From NCBI GenBank assembly GCA_021647245.1, contig JAKIVC010000002.1, positions 64,184 to 128,183 on the forward strand: 64,000 nt of DNA. Reading direction: 5' to 3'. Origin of the DNA: Gammaproteobacteria bacterium. Its GTDB lineage: Bacteria > Pseudomonadota > Gammaproteobacteria > RBG-16-57-12. The position numbers and the translations under genes were made by a program. Each line of letters begins with the position of its first letter. Within the stretch, counting starts at the first letter, position 1. A model generated the notes under the pieces. The model had not been told where the DNA came from. It saw only the letters and a program-made list of their open reading frames with translations, and did no database searches. Shown one piece after another: positions 48,026 to 59,268 of this stretch.

Positions 48026-50527
48026 ATGACACTTCCTATCGATGCGGTACTGCCACAGCTACTTGAGCACCTCTCACAGCAGCCCAATGTGGTATTGCAG
48101 GCGGCACCGGGGGCAGGAAAAACCACCCGTGTGCCGCTGGCGCTGATCGGTGAGCCTTGGCTCCGCCAACAGAAAATAATTATGCTGGAACCCCGTCGTC
48201 TAGCGGCGCGCAATGCGGCCATCTATATGGCCTCTCTGCTGGGCGAAAAGGTGGGAGAGACCATTGGTTATCGTACCCGCCTGGATAGCAAAATAGGCGC
48301 AACGACTCGCATTGAGGTGGTTACTGAGGGCATTTTGACGCGGTTGATTCAGCAAGACCCTGAGCTCACTGCTTATGGGTTAGTTATTTTTGATGAGTTT
48401 CATGAGCGTAGCCTGCATGCCGATCTGGGTCTGGCGCTTACTCTGGAGACACAAGCGGCGCTGCGGGATAACCTGAAAATAGTAGTTATGTCGGCCACTC
48501 TGGATGCTGAGCCGGTTGCAAAACTATTGGGCGATGCACCGATTATAACCAGTGAAGGGCGCTGTTACCCGGTAACGATCATCTATGGGCAGCGCCCTGA
48601 GTGGCGACACCTGATTGAGGTGGTGAGTCGAGCCATCCTTAATGCACTCACTGATGAGTCAGGTGACCTGCTGGTATTTCTGCCCGGTGCGGGAGAGATA
48701 CAGCGCGTCAAACAACAGCTCGAAGCGGCTGATCTGGCCACTCATATCACCATATGTCCGCTCTATGGTGATCTCCCCCGTGATGCTCAGGAGAGGGCGA
48801 TCTATCCCAGCACTGAGGGCGAGCGTAAGATTGTGCTCGCGACCTCCATCGCCGAAACTTCGCTCACTATTGAAGGGGTTCGCGTGGTGATTGATGCGGG
48901 TCTACAGCGCCAGCCAAAATTTAACCCGCAAAGTGGTTTGAGCCGCCTAGAGACCACGGCGGTAACGCGGGCCTCTGCAACGCAGCGTAGCGGTCGAGCG
49001 GGTCGTCTGGAGGCGGGTGTCTGCTACCGGCTCTGGAGTAAAGAGCAGCATGCGCGGCTGTTGGCGCATGGTCAGGCGGAGATTATGGAGGCTGACCTGG
49101 CTGGGCTAATGCTGGAGTTGGCACGCTGGGGCGTCAGTTGTCCTAAGCAGTTAAGCTGGCTGGAGGAGCCACCAGCTGCCGCGTGTGACCAAGCCCGGGA
49201 GCTGCTGCAACAGCTGGCCGCATTGGATGAAAAAGGACGTATTAGCCGACACGGCAGCGCAATGGCGCGTCTCGGTATGCACCCGCGCTTGGCACATATG
49301 GTGTTGATGGGTGAGCAGATAGGGCTCGGTAGCCTCGCTTGCGAGGTGGCGGCTCTGCTGGGTGAGCGGGATATTATCAAAGGTAGCTATCGTGATGCTG
49401 ATCTGCGCCAGCGTATTGAATTGCTACACAATAACCCGCGCTCATCGCAACTTAACCGGGGTGCGGTGCAGCGAGTGCAATTGACTGCCCGGCGCTGGCA
49501 GTGGCAACTAAAAACCGGCGAAGTGCAACAGCCCGCTAGCCATTGCGGGTTACTGCTGGCCTTCGCCTATCCCGATCGCATTGCGCAACGTCGAGGGGGC
49601 GTGGAGCCTCGTTATCGGCTGAGTAGCGGCAAAGGGGCTTGCTTTCAGGATCATCAAAGTATGAGTGACGCGCCTTATTTGGTGGTGGCAGAGCTGGGGA
49701 GCGCCGGACGGGAGTCGCATATCTACCTTGCAGCCCCTGTGGCACTCGCTGAGTTGGAGCAGCACCTGCCAGCCAGAATAGAGCCGCACACCTTTGTCGG
49801 TTGGGATAGTCGCAGTGAAAGTGTAGATGCCCGGCAGCAGCGAAAGCTGGGTGCGCTGATCATAGAGGAGCACCGGCTAAAAGAGGTGCCCGCCGCACAG
49901 CTGAGCCAGGGCTTGATCGATGCTGTTCGCCAAAAAGGGTTGCAAATATTGCCTTGGAATAGTGAGGTAGAAAACCTGCGTGCGCGGCTGATGTTGTTAC
50001 ACAACCATCAAACCCGCATGGCAGGTGACGAGGTGTGGCCGGATATGAGCAAACAGGCGCTGCTCGATAATATGGAGAGCTGGCTATCTCCCTATCTACC
50101 GGGGCTAAGCCGGCTTGCCCAGTTACAGAAGCTAAAGCTTAAAGAGATACTGATCAATCAACTCAGCTGGCAACAGCAACAACAGCTCGAGCGCGAAGCC
50201 CCTAGCCATATACAGATACCCAGCGGTTCACGGATTAAAATTGATTACAGCCAGTCGTCGCCAGTACTGGCCGCCCGCCTGCAAGAGCTGTTTGGTATGC
50301 TGGAAACGCCGCAGATTATGGGTGGAAAAATCAGACTCACCATCCACCTGCTCTCGCCAGCACAGCGTCCCATTCAAGTTACCCAGGATCTTGCCAGCTT
50401 CTGGGCCAATACCTACCAAGAGGTTAAAAAGGAGCTTAAGGGGCGCTACCCCAAACACTACTGGCCAGATGACCCCTACCAGGCAGAGGCGACTCGTCGG
50501 GTTCGTCCCCACCGCCCTGCGCGCTGA
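48026..50527 (+). CDS. hrpB: ATP-dependent RNA helicase HrpB
   Basis: 833 aa with Walker A AAPGAGKTT, the DEFHERS box and an HrpB-specific C-terminal domain. Confidence 0.95.
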   Translation: MTLPIDAVLPQLLEHLSQQPNVVLQAAPGAGKTTRVPLALIGEPWLRQQKIIMLEPRRLAARNAAIYMASLLGEKVGETIGYRTRLDSKIGATTRIEVVTEGILTRLIQQDPELTAYGLVIFDEFHERSLHADLGLALTLETQAALRDNLKIVVMSATLDAEPVAKLLGDAPIITSEGRCYPVTIIYGQRPEWRHLIEVVSRAILNALTDESGDLLVFLPGAGEIQRVKQQLEAADLATHITICPLYGDLPRDAQERAIYPSTEGERKIVLATSIAETSLTIEGVRVVIDAGLQRQPKFNPQSGLSRLETTAVTRASATQRSGRAGRLEAGVCYRLWSKEQHARLLAHGQAEIMEADLAGLMLELARWGVSCPKQLSWLEEPPAAACDQARELLQQLAALDEKGRISRHGSAMARLGMHPRLAHMVLMGEQIGLGSLACEVAALLGERDIIKGSYRDADLRQRIELLHNNPRSSQLNRGAVQRVQLTARRWQWQLKTGEVQQPASHCGLLLAFAYPDRIAQRRGGVEPRYRLSSGKGACFQDHQSMSDAPYLVVAELGSAGRESHIYLAAPVALAELEQHLPARIEPHTFVGWDSRSESVDARQQRKLGALIIEEHRLKEVPAAQLSQGLIDAVRQKGLQILPWNSEVENLRARLMLLHNHQTRMAGDEVWPDMSKQALLDNMESWLSPYLPGLSRLAQLQKLKLKEILINQLSWQQQQQLEREAPSHIQIPSGSRIKIDYSQSSPVLAARLQELFGMLETPQIMGGKIRLTIHLLSPAQRPIQVTQDLASFWANTYQEVKKELKGRYPKHYWPDDPYQAEATRRVRPHRPAR

Positions 50528-50552
50528 AGAGATTTTTTCAATAAACGGTTAA

Positions 50553-50707
50553 CTCTAGATAGAAGCGCGAGATGATGTGTAAGATACGGGTTTCACAGTG
50601 AAACTAAAAATATTAGTCGCACCCGCAGGTTCGGCGGCTATTTTTTGTTTTACTGTGAAATCAATGACTTGTACAGAATACGTGCTTCTATCTGGGGATT
50701 AGGGGTT
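50553..50707 (-). repeat. MITE-like repeat family A, full copy (A4)
   Basis: The ends are ctctagatagaagcgcga and tacgtgcttctatctggggattaggggtt. The interior has tttcacagtgaaac and ttttactgtgaaatc boxes around agtcgcacccgcaggttcggcggc. A 9-nt direct repeat GGTTAACTC lies at 50547-50555 and 50704-50712. Confidence 0.75.
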
Positions 50708-50772
50708 AACTCCAAACTGGCACTTAACAGATGTCTGTGTTAAAAAAAGCAACTAACTTTTTAGAGGATAAA

Positions 50773-51141
50773 ATGATGCGTAAATCAATTATTGCAATGG
50801 GTGCCCTGATCGCACTGACACTGGCCAGTGGCTCGGTGTTGGCAGCAGAGAAAAAGAGCGTTGAACAGGTTAATAAAAACAGCCAGGCGTTAAGTGGTCA
50901 GCAGGTTGAGCTGCGCGGTGAAGTAACCAAGGTCAATAACGGTATTATGCGCCGCAACTTCATACACATCAAAGATGGCACGGGTGCGGGTAACAGCGGT
51001 AGCCTGATCGTGACCAGCAAAGATACCGCGCAAGTGGGTCAGACAATAACAGTGGTGGGTACCGTTAAACTGGGTACCGACTTCGGCATGGGCTATACCT
51101 ATCCGCTACTGGTTGAGAATGCCACCATCACTGTCGAGTAA
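50773..51141 (+). CDS. small secreted protein of unknown function
   Basis: From ATG 50773, after GAGGAT: a signal peptide MMRKSIIAMGALIALTLASGSVLA, then about 100 aa of beta-rich domain. I do not recognise a family. Confidence 0.5.
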   Translation: MMRKSIIAMGALIALTLASGSVLAAEKKSVEQVNKNSQALSGQQVELRGEVTKVNNGIMRRNFIHIKDGTGAGNSGSLIVTSKDTAQVGQTITVVGTVKLGTDFGMGYTYPLLVENATITVE

Positions 51142-51155
51142 ACCGCCCTTCCACA

Positions 51156-53240
51156 TTAAACTTCGGCAAATTTAAGCCCCTTTCCAATCCAACGCTGAAT
51201 GAGTGGTTGGATGAGTTGGGGGTAGCGCCGTTGAATCAACTCACTGGCTGCTTCAACCTGTGGTAATAGCTGTTCATCACGTAGTAGGTCGGCGATTTGC
51301 AGGGTTATATCTCCAGTTTGGCGTGTGCCAAGCACGTCACCGGGGCCGCGTATCTCAAGGTCTCGGCGAGCGATGAGGAATCCATCGTTGGTTTCACGCA
51401 TTATGGAGAGGCGGGACTTTGCAAGCCGTGAGAGGGGGCTGTGGTACATCAGTAGGCAGCTGCTGCGGGTGGTACCACGACCTACCCGGCCTCGCAGCTG
51501 GTGTAGCTGCGCGAGACCTAGCCGCTCGGCGTTTTCAATGACCATCAGAGATGCATTGGGCACATCGACCCCCACTTCGATTACAGTGGTGGCCACTAAA
51601 AGGTCGATTTCAGCGCGTTTGAAAGCATCCATTACCTGTTTTTTCTCACTGGGTTTCATGCGCCCATGTACTAGCCCGATCCGCACCCCTGACAATAGGT
51701 TACGCAACTCAATCTCGGCATCCTCGGCCGCTTGACACTGCAATACTTCGGACTCTTCAATGAGCGTGCAGACCCAATAAACCTGTCGTCCGCTCTGGCA
51801 GGCAGAGTAGATGCGTTGAATGACCTCAGGGCGACGACTGTTGGGTACCACTACGGTCTCCACAGGGCTACGCCCGGGGGGTAGTTCATCGATGGTGGAA
51901 CAGTCGAGGTCGGCGAATACCGACATGGCGAGGGTGCGAGGAATTGGTGTGGCAGTCATGATCAGCTGGTGAGGTACCCGATTATCAGCGGCTCCTTTCT
52001 CCTTGAGCGCCAACCGTTGATGGACACCAAAACGGTGCTGTTCATCAATAATAACTAACCCTAAGCGTGCAAACTCAACGCCCTGTTGAAAAAGTGCGTG
52101 AGTACCCACGATCATTTGTGCCTCACCAGATTCTAAGTCTGATAGCACCCCCTGACGCTGTTTTCCCTTTAATTTTCCCGCCAGTAAGGTGACTTGCAGG
52201 TCGAGGGGCGTTAGCCACTCACTAAAGTTGCGGTAGTGCTGCTCTGCCAGTAGCTCGGTGGGTGCCATTAAAACGGCTTGGTGGCCGGCTTCAATTGCGC
52301 TAAGGGCGGCCATCGCTGCGACCACTGTTTTACCCGAGCCGACATCACCCTGCACCAGTCGCTGCATCGGATAGGGTTGGCTTAGATCCTGGTTAATCTC
52401 ACCGATGACACGTTGTTGCGCACCCGTCAGCTGGTAAGGGAGGCGCTGTGTGAATGTTTTTCGGAGTGCACCGTTGCCGTTAAGAGGAGGCCCCCCTTGT
52501 TGTCTGACGTGGCGGTGAAGTTCGCGCAGTGAGAGCTGGTGGGCCAGTAGCTCCTCAAATGCGAGGCGTTGCTGAGCGGGATGAGTCCCCGCTTCTAATT
52601 CGGCTTGTGAAACCTCGGGTGGCGGGTAGTGGATAAACTGTATCGCCTCAGCTGTTGTGGGGTAGTGATGCGCTGATCGCGTCTCGGCGGGGAGCAGTTC
52701 GCTGAGACTCTCCGCACTGTTTTCCAGCAACACCAGTGCCTGTGTAACCAGTTTTCGCAGGGTCGGTTGTTGCAGCCCTTCTGTGGCTGGGTAGATAGGC
52801 GTGAGGGCGTCGTCGAGGGTCTCAGTGAGGCGGTTGCTGTTGATTAATTTTATTTCGGGGTGGATGATTTCAAGCGTTGCTCCGCCCCCACGAATTTCAC
52901 CAAAACAACGCACGCGCTGTCCCTGACTAAGGCGGTTTTGCTGTCCACTATTGAAGTAGAAAAAACGTAGCGTTAACAAGCCGCTGCCATCACTGATGCG
53001 TGATAGAAGCATGCGTCGCCTGCCCATTTTGATCTCGGTGTGTTGAACATCGCCCTCAACCATCACATTGTCGCCAGGGCGTAGCGTGCCGATGGGGGTG
53101 ATGCGGGTACGGTCTTGGTAGCGGGCGGGGAGGTGAAACAGCAGATCACGAACGGAGTGAATACCGAGTTTGGCCAGCTTCGCTTCCATGCGAGGGCCGA
53201 CCCCTTTTAAGAGGGTGGTTGGCTGGCTATCCAGTGCCAT
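51156..53240 (-). CDS. recG: ATP-dependent DNA helicase RecG
   Basis: 694 aa with a wedge domain, Walker A GDVGSGKT, DEQHRFG and the TRG motif region. Confidence 0.97.
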   Translation of the reverse strand: MALDSQPTTLLKGVGPRMEAKLAKLGIHSVRDLLFHLPARYQDRTRITPIGTLRPGDNVMVEGDVQHTEIKMGRRRMLLSRISDGSGLLTLRFFYFNSGQQNRLSQGQRVRCFGEIRGGGATLEIIHPEIKLINSNRLTETLDDALTPIYPATEGLQQPTLRKLVTQALVLLENSAESLSELLPAETRSAHHYPTTAEAIQFIHYPPPEVSQAELEAGTHPAQQRLAFEELLAHQLSLRELHRHVRQQGGPPLNGNGALRKTFTQRLPYQLTGAQQRVIGEINQDLSQPYPMQRLVQGDVGSGKTVVAAMAALSAIEAGHQAVLMAPTELLAEQHYRNFSEWLTPLDLQVTLLAGKLKGKQRQGVLSDLESGEAQMIVGTHALFQQGVEFARLGLVIIDEQHRFGVHQRLALKEKGAADNRVPHQLIMTATPIPRTLAMSVFADLDCSTIDELPPGRSPVETVVVPNSRRPEVIQRIYSACQSGRQVYWVCTLIEESEVLQCQAAEDAEIELRNLLSGVRIGLVHGRMKPSEKKQVMDAFKRAEIDLLVATTVIEVGVDVPNASLMVIENAERLGLAQLHQLRGRVGRGTTRSSCLLMYHSPLSRLAKSRLSIMRETNDGFLIARRDLEIRGPGDVLGTRQTGDITLQIADLLRDEQLLPQVEAASELIQRRYPQLIQPLIQRWIGKGLKFAEV

Positions 53241-53254
53241 GCTGTCTCCTGAAA

Positions 53255-53638
53255 TTAGTTTTGCAGTATGAGTATGCCATCCATTTCCACCTCGGCATCA
53301 CGGGGTAGTTGAGCAACACCAACCGCAGCACGAGCCGGGTAGGGCTGTGTGAAGTACTCTTCCATCACTTCATTAACCGCAGCAAAATTAGCGAGGTCGG
53401 TCAGGAAAATATTGAGTTTGACTACATCGGAAAAGCGCCCGCCCGAGGCTTCGATAACCGCTTGCAGGTTTTTAAATACTTGGTGGATCTGCGCTTTGAT
53501 GTCACCTTCAATCATCTGCATGCTGTCAGGCAGCAGCGGTATCTGGCCTGACAAATAGACCGTATTGCCAACTTTTACCGCTTGAGAATAGGTACCAATT
53601 GCTTTGGGTGCATTGTCGGTGTGGATGATCTGTTTCAT
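53255..53638 (-). CDS. ridA: RidA family reactive-intermediate deaminase
   Basis: From ATG 53638: [34 protein letters not shown]...[18 protein letters not shown]. Confidence 0.9.
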   Translation of the reverse strand: MKQIIHTDNAPKAIGTYSQAVKVGNTVYLSGQIPLLPDSMQMIEGDIKAQIHQVFKNLQAVIEASGGRFSDVVKLNIFLTDLANFAAVNEVMEEYFTQPYPARAAVGVAQLPRDAEVEMDGILILQN

Positions 53639-53664
53639 TCTGTTTCTCAGTGTCGTTAATAGGT

Positions 53665-55773
53665 TCACCCACGGGTGCGGGTGATTTTTGCCACATTGGG
53701 TAGTGCGCGCAACTTGCGGATAATCGCGGCCAAGTGGATTCGGCTGCGCACGGTAATGGTGTAGAGGGTGGAGTGATGGGTACCATCATGTTCGGCGGTA
53801 TAGACCTTTTCGATGTTGGACTCCTGCGAGGCAATGGCCGACGCAACCGTCGCCATTACGCCACGGCGATTGAGCGCATCGACGCGAATGCTTACGGCAA
53901 ACTCCCCCTCTACGCTGCTATCCCACTGAACATCCAGGCTCTGTTCCGGGCGGTTGCGGAACTCAGCAGTATTGTTGCAAGATTCGGTGTGAATGACGAT
54001 ACCCCGCCCAATACTGATATGACCACAAATGGGGTCTCCAGGAATGGGGTGACAGCACTTTGCAAAGGTTACCACCATCCCTTCGGTGCCACGGATCGCG
54101 AGTGGCCGGGTGAGTCCATTGGTGTCACCTTCAGGCTGCTGATCCGCAATCAGCTGACGTGCGGTGATAAGGGCAACACGCTGACCCAAGCCAATGTCAA
54201 CCAGTAGGTCGTCAAGCGACTGACACGCTTGCTCCTCCAGGTAACGCTGCACGGATTGTTCGGAAACTTGCTCAATCGAGCTGGAAAAAGCGCCAAGCGT
54301 TTTATTGAGCAGGCGCTTGCCCAGCGCCAGTGCCTCATCATATTGCAGGTTTTTAAGTGCGGAACGAATGCTGGTACGCGCCTTTCCGGTAACGGCAAAA
54401 TCGAGCCACACAGGGTTGGGGTGTGAGTTTTTGGTGGTGATAATCTCTACGGTTTGACCATTTTGTAACCGGGTGCTGAGCGGCACCAGTTTGCGGTCTA
54501 TTTTGGCGGCAACGCAGCGATCACCAACAGCGGTATGTACGGCATAGGCAAAGTCAACGGTGGTGGCACGCCGTGGCAGCTCCATGATCTCCCCTTTGGG
54601 GGTGAAGACATAGACCTCATCCGGAAAGAGGTCGATTTTGACATTTTCAAGGAACTCTAATGAGTCACCCACGCTATTTTGAATATCCAGCAGCTCCCGC
54701 AGCCACTCCTGTGCCCGCACCTGGCTACCCGACTCACTGGCATCCGATTTATAGAGCCAATGGGCGGCAATGCCCGCCTCAGCCACTTCATCCATGCTGG
54801 TGGTTCTGATCTGAATTTCGATGGGCACACCGAACGGGCCAAAAAGAATGGTATGCAGGGATTGGTAGCCATTGGTTTTGGAGATGGCGATATAGTCTTT
54901 GAACTTTCCGGGCACCGGCTTATAAAGATTGTGCATGGTACCGAGAATGCGGTAGCAGCTATCCACACTATCCACCACAATACGAAAAGCATAGACATCC
55001 ATCACTTCAGAGAAGTTGAGATGGTTGCGTTTCATTTTCTGGTAGAGGCTGTAGATGTGTTTTTCGCGGCCAAAAACCTGGCATGGGATGCCCTCCTGAT
55101 CAAGACGCTCCTTAATTGCCGTTTCAATTCTCTGGAGTATCTCCTTGCGGTTTCCCCGTGCGTTGAGTACCGCTTTTTTAAGCACCTTATAGCGGTTTGG
55201 GTAGTAGGCTAAAAAGCCAAGGTCTTCCAGGTTAAGTCGCAACTGGTTCATACCCAGTCGGCTGGCGATAGGTACATAGATTTCGAGGGTTTCACGGGCG
55301 ATACGGCGGCACTTGTCTGGTCGCATGACACCCAGGGTGCTCATGTTGTGTAGGCGATCTGCCAGCTTGATCAGGATAACGCGAATATCCTTGACCATGG
55401 CCAAAATCATTTTACGAAAATTGGCCGCCTGGGCCTCCACTTTGCTTTCAAAGTGGATGTGGGTCAGCTTGGAGACACCATCCACTAGCTCGGCAACTTC
55501 GTTGCCAAACTCAGTTTCTAGTTGTGCCTTATCAACACCGGTATCTTCGATAACATCGTGCAGAATGGCCGCCATGAGCGAGCGATAATCCATGCGCATT
55601 TCGGCAAGAATAGTGGCCACTGCAAGCGGATGGGTAATGTAGGGCTCGCCGCTTTTACGGTATTGCCCTTCATGGGATTCGGCGCTAAACACATAGGCGC
55701 GATAAACCTCGGTGATCTGGTACGGCTCAAGATACTCTTCGAGCTGCTGGCATAATGTGCTGATGCTGGACAT
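53665..55773 (-). CDS. spoT: bifunctional (p)ppGpp synthetase/hydrolase
   Basis: 702 aa with an HD domain (HPLAVA..HDVIEDT), a RelA/SpoT synthetase domain, and TGS and ACT domains. Confidence 0.95.
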   Translation of the reverse strand: MSSISTLCQQLEEYLEPYQITEVYRAYVFSAESHEGQYRKSGEPYITHPLAVATILAEMRMDYRSLMAAILHDVIEDTGVDKAQLETEFGNEVAELVDGVSKLTHIHFESKVEAQAANFRKMILAMVKDIRVILIKLADRLHNMSTLGVMRPDKCRRIARETLEIYVPIASRLGMNQLRLNLEDLGFLAYYPNRYKVLKKAVLNARGNRKEILQRIETAIKERLDQEGIPCQVFGREKHIYSLYQKMKRNHLNFSEVMDVYAFRIVVDSVDSCYRILGTMHNLYKPVPGKFKDYIAISKTNGYQSLHTILFGPFGVPIEIQIRTTSMDEVAEAGIAAHWLYKSDASESGSQVRAQEWLRELLDIQNSVGDSLEFLENVKIDLFPDEVYVFTPKGEIMELPRRATTVDFAYAVHTAVGDRCVAAKIDRKLVPLSTRLQNGQTVEIITTKNSHPNPVWLDFAVTGKARTSIRSALKNLQYDEALALGKRLLNKTLGAFSSSIEQVSEQSVQRYLEEQACQSLDDLLVDIGLGQRVALITARQLIADQQPEGDTNGLTRPLAIRGTEGMVVTFAKCCHPIPGDPICGHISIGRGIVIHTESCNNTAEFRNRPEQSLDVQWDSSVEGEFAVSIRVDALNRRGVMATVASAIASQESNIEKVYTAEHDGTHHSTLYTITVRSRIHLAAIIRKLRALPNVAKITRTRG

Positions 55774-55797
55774 TGGAGGTAAATATCGAGGCTAAGC

Positions 55798-56061
55798 TTA
55801 AAGTTCTTGCTGTAGCTCTTCGTCACTTACTTTTGACTCGAGGGCATGCTCTTTGGCAATAACCCCTTCGAGCATTTCACGCTGGTCGATTTTACCCGCA
55901 GCAATCTCACGCAGTGCAACCACGGTGGGTTTGTCATTTTCCCACTCAACCAATGGTTCTTTGCCATTGCTGATTTGGCGCGCACGCTTTGCGGCCACTA
56001 ATACTAAATTGAAGCGGTTGTCCACGTGGTCAAGACAATCTTCTACTGTGATGCGAGCCAT
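55798..56061 (-). CDS. rpoZ: DNA-directed RNA polymerase subunit omega
   Basis: From ATG 56061: [29 protein letters not shown]. The longer form in the ORF track is rejected. Confidence 0.95.
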   Translation of the reverse strand: MARITVEDCLDHVDNRFNLVLVAAKRARQISNGKEPLVEWENDKPTVVALREIAAGKIDQREMLEGVIAKEHALESKVSDEELQQEL

Positions 56062-56122
56062 TTGCGTTACCTTGTGTTGTTCGATTGACGAAAAGGAGTC
56101 GATTCTACTTAATTTGTATGTA

Positions 56123-56758
56123 CTATGACAATAAATTGTCCAATAATTGTTCATTGCGCTGTTGTTGGGGCAGCATGCGTAGCCGCTGGCTGAGGATTAC
56201 AGTGCGTAGCTCTGCAAGCGCGGTATTGAAATCATCATTGATAATGAGATAGTCAAACTCACTATAGTGCGTAATCTCGTTAATAGCGTCACGCATACGA
56301 CGTGCAATGATCTCATCGCTATCTTGTCCGCGCCCCTTGAGTCGCTTCTCCAGCGCTTGCCGAGAGGGGGGTAGAATGAAAATTGAGAGGCACTCCGGCA
56401 TCATCTTGCGAACCTGTTGCGCCCCTTGCCAATCTATCTCAAGAATGACATCAACACCCTTATTCTGCTGTTTTGTCACCCAGTCACCACAGGTTCCGTA
56501 GTGGTTATCAAAAACCTGGGCATGTTCCAAAAAGGTGGCTCGGCCAACCATCTCTTGGAAGGTATTGCTGTCGACAAAGTTATAGTGCACCCCGTTGATT
56601 TCACCAGGTCGAGCATCCCGGGTGGTGTGTGAGACGGAGACCTTAATATCATCACAGGACTCAATTAGCGCCTTCACAAGTGAGGTTTTACCCGCACCAG
56701 AGGGTGCTGAAATAACAAAAAGAGTGCCTCGGGCGGTGTTTGGAGTGATATCTGCCAT
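56123..56758 (-). CDS. gmk: guanylate kinase
   Basis: 211 aa with P-loop [10 protein letters not shown] and TTRDARPGE. Confidence 0.95.
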   Translation of the reverse strand: MADITPNTARGTLFVISAPSGAGKTSLVKALIESCDDIKVSVSHTTRDARPGEINGVHYNFVDSNTFQEMVGRATFLEHAQVFDNHYGTCGDWVTKQQNKGVDVILEIDWQGAQQVRKMMPECLSIFILPPSRQALEKRLKGRGQDSDEIIARRMRDAINEITHYSEFDYLIINDDFNTALAELRTVILSQRLRMLPQQQRNEQLLDNLLS

Positions 56759-56836
56759 AGTGATGTTGTTCTCAATGGTTGCTTGTGTTTGACGCAGCCC
56801 CCGGCTGCTCAGTGCGTGTCCTGCTTCAATGAATAG

Positions 56837-57910
56837 CTAAAACAGCTCAATTTCAGACTCGACAACTTCTGGTGTGGAGACCTTTAAGAGGCCTTGCGCG
56901 ACCAGCTCGGTATGAAAGCAGACGCGGTTTCGGCCATTATCTTTGGCGTAGTAGAGCGCATCATCCGCATGCCCCAAAACAATCGCTGAAATGCCTTGGT
57001 CTGCTATCTCCACGTAGCCAATACTGACGGTGACAGAGCCAATTTGCGGGAAGTCATAGTTTTCCATGGTTGCGCGAAAACGCTCGAGTGCGGCGGCGGC
57101 TCCTTTTTGGCTGGTAGCACGAAGTAGCACCACGAACTCTTCACCACCAAACCGAAATAGTTTGTCGTAGCTGCGAAAAGTGCTTCGCATAATATTGGCC
57201 AGTAGCAGTAATACCTCATCACCGTAGAGGTGGCCATACTGGTCATTTATTTTCTTGAAAAAATCGATATCAATGACCGCTAGCCAGTTACCCACACTCT
57301 CTTCATTGCAATGGCGTCGCTGCGGATGTTGGCTCTCCTCTCTGTCCTGGTCATTGGGGTGCTTCCATTCACCCAGGATGCGTTCAAGGTCGCGGTCAAA
57401 GGTGCGACGATTGAGTAATCCGGTCAAGGTGTCATGTTCACTATCATCGAGCAGGCAGGCGTAGTTACGATAAATCTGGAAATAACCTGTTAGCAGTTTT
57501 TTATGGGTACTTTTTGAGAGACCTTCCCCACAGATAACAAATGAACTAATGATCACGCCCGCACGATTGGTGAGGGGATAAACATAGGTATCCGGCTGCT
57601 CTTTAGTGCTCTCAACAAACACCGGCTCTCTGCTCTCAATACACTGGCTGAGGCCGGTGATTTGGTGTATGAGGAATTGTGAGGAGGGTGTGCAAGGGTC
57701 GTGGAAGGTTAAATTGCCATCTGTTATATCGGTTGTGATAAGACAGCGTTGCTCACCATATTCTGAAATGATTTTATAGAGTGAAATTCTTTTTAATTTT
57801 AATAGCTCAAAGAGTGTGCTCATCAAGCTTGCTTCAAGCAGCTCGCGATCTGCCTGAGTCGTGACATGAGCAATGGACTCTATTATTTTGTCTGCGGTAT
57901 ATTCCGACAT
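56837..57910 (-). CDS. diguanylate cyclase (GGDEF) with unassigned N-terminal sensor domain
   Basis: The C-terminal GGDEF domain has an intact RFGGEEF active site and an upstream RxxD-type region. The N-terminal ~170 aa are GAF/PAS-sized but unrecognised. I prefer ATG 57910 after GAGGG. Other in-frame starts lie at 57934 and 57943. Confidence 0.85.
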   Translation of the reverse strand: MSEYTADKIIESIAHVTTQADRELLEASLMSTLFELLKLKRISLYKIISEYGEQRCLITTDITDGNLTFHDPCTPSSQFLIHQITGLSQCIESREPVFVESTKEQPDTYVYPLTNRAGVIISSFVICGEGLSKSTHKKLLTGYFQIYRNYACLLDDSEHDTLTGLLNRRTFDRDLERILGEWKHPNDQDREESQHPQRRHCNEESVGNWLAVIDIDFFKKINDQYGHLYGDEVLLLLANIMRSTFRSYDKLFRFGGEEFVVLLRATSQKGAAAALERFRATMENYDFPQIGSVTVSIGYVEIADQGISAIVLGHADDALYYAKDNGRNRVCFHTELVAQGLLKVSTPEVVESEIELF

Positions 57911-57927
57911 GTGACCCTCATCTCTGT

Positions 57928-58740
57928 TCAGCATGGTGTACAAGGCAGGCTAAAGAGTGCCCGATCTTCAATACGCAGTGCTGTCAGGCTTCCGCCCCAT
58001 AAGCAGCCGCTATCCAATGAAATAACATTACTACCCTGATGTATGCCCAGCGTTGACCAGTGCCCAAATAGGATCGTGAACTCGCGGCTGTTTCGTGCCG
58101 GGTGCTCAAACCAGGGTAGGGCTCCGGTGGGTTGTGTGCCGGGGGCTCCTTTGGGTTTCATGAGGTAGTGCCCCTCGTTATCACAATAACGCAGCCGGGT
58201 GAATGTGTTAGCGATAAAGCGCAATCGATCCCATCCCGTCAGCTTTTCAGACCACTTATCGGGCCGGTTGCCATACATGTTATCAAAAAAAAGCTTATAC
58301 CGGTCACTCTTTATCATGTTGCTCAGTTCATCCGCGCAGCTTAGAGTGGTGGCCAAGTCCCATTGCGGGCAAACACCCGCATGTACCATAAGGGTATTAT
58401 ATTTTTGATTGTAGTGCGCGACGGGTTTTTTTCTGAGCCACTTCATCAATTTTTTACAATCATCTGCTTGAAAAATGGGGTAGAGAGAATTATCTGGATC
58501 AGGGGTTGTACCCTGATAATAGCGCGCCAGCAGATGAAGGTCGTGGTTGCCCAACACGGTGATGGCACGCTTCCCTAAGGCACGTACGTAACGCAGCACT
58601 TCAAGGGATTTCGGTCCTCGGTTAACAAGGTCTCCACAGAACCATAGGGTGTCCTGGCTCTGATCAAACTTGATTAGCGCCAACAGCGCCTGAAGCTCAT
58701 CAAAACAGCCTTGTATGTCGCCGATTGCGTAGGTTGCCAT
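57928..58740 (-). CDS. apaH: symmetrical bis(5'-nucleosyl)-tetraphosphatase
   Basis: 270 aa with MATYAIGDIQGC, GDLVNRGP and GNHD. Confidence 0.95.
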   Translation of the reverse strand: MATYAIGDIQGCFDELQALLALIKFDQSQDTLWFCGDLVNRGPKSLEVLRYVRALGKRAITVLGNHDLHLLARYYQGTTPDPDNSLYPIFQADDCKKLMKWLRKKPVAHYNQKYNTLMVHAGVCPQWDLATTLSCADELSNMIKSDRYKLFFDNMYGNRPDKWSEKLTGWDRLRFIANTFTRLRYCDNEGHYLMKPKGAPGTQPTGALPWFEHPARNSREFTILFGHWSTLGIHQGSNVISLDSGCLWGGSLTALRIEDRALFSLPCTPC

Positions 58741-58789
58741 AATTTAATTCAAAACTATCCGAAAATGTAGTATCTCGACTAGTTTAACG

Positions 58790-59230
58790 CTATTTTGCCT
58801 GTAACCAAAAGGTAACCGGGCCATTGTTGGTCAGTGAGACCTGCATATCCGCCGCAAATTCTCCTGCTGCAACGTCTGGGTGTTGTTGCTGAGCTTGCTG
58901 TACAAAGTAGTGGTAGAGGCGTGCCCCTTGATCGGCTGCGGCTGCGGGCGTGAGGCTGGGTCGAGTTCCCTTGCGGGTATCTGCGGGCAGGGTGAATTGC
59001 GGCACCAGCAATAGACCGCCATTGACCTGTTGCAGGCTAAGGTTCATTTTCTTTTCGTCATCCTCAAATACTCGGTAACTGAGCAGGCGTTGCAGTAGTC
59101 GGTCTGCGCTACTTTCATGATCGCCTCTCTCAATGCCGAGTAGCACCAGCAGGCCGTGCTCTATTTGCCCAACCACCTCACTATTAACCTCTACTTTTGC
59201 GTAGCTAACACGCTGTAATAGCCCAATCAT
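58790..59230 (-). CDS. dtd: D-aminoacyl-tRNA deacylase
   Basis: 146 aa with MIGLLQRV..., SQFTL-type (PQFTLPAD) and NNGPVTFWL. Confidence 0.95.
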   Translation of the reverse strand: MIGLLQRVSYAKVEVNSEVVGQIEHGLLVLLGIERGDHESSADRLLQRLLSYRVFEDDEKKMNLSLQQVNGGLLLVPQFTLPADTRKGTRPSLTPAAAADQGARLYHYFVQQAQQQHPDVAAGEFAADMQVSLTNNGPVTFWLQAK

Positions 59231-59268
59231 GGTTATTTATCCTTGGATTATTGGCGATGTGCAGGCAT

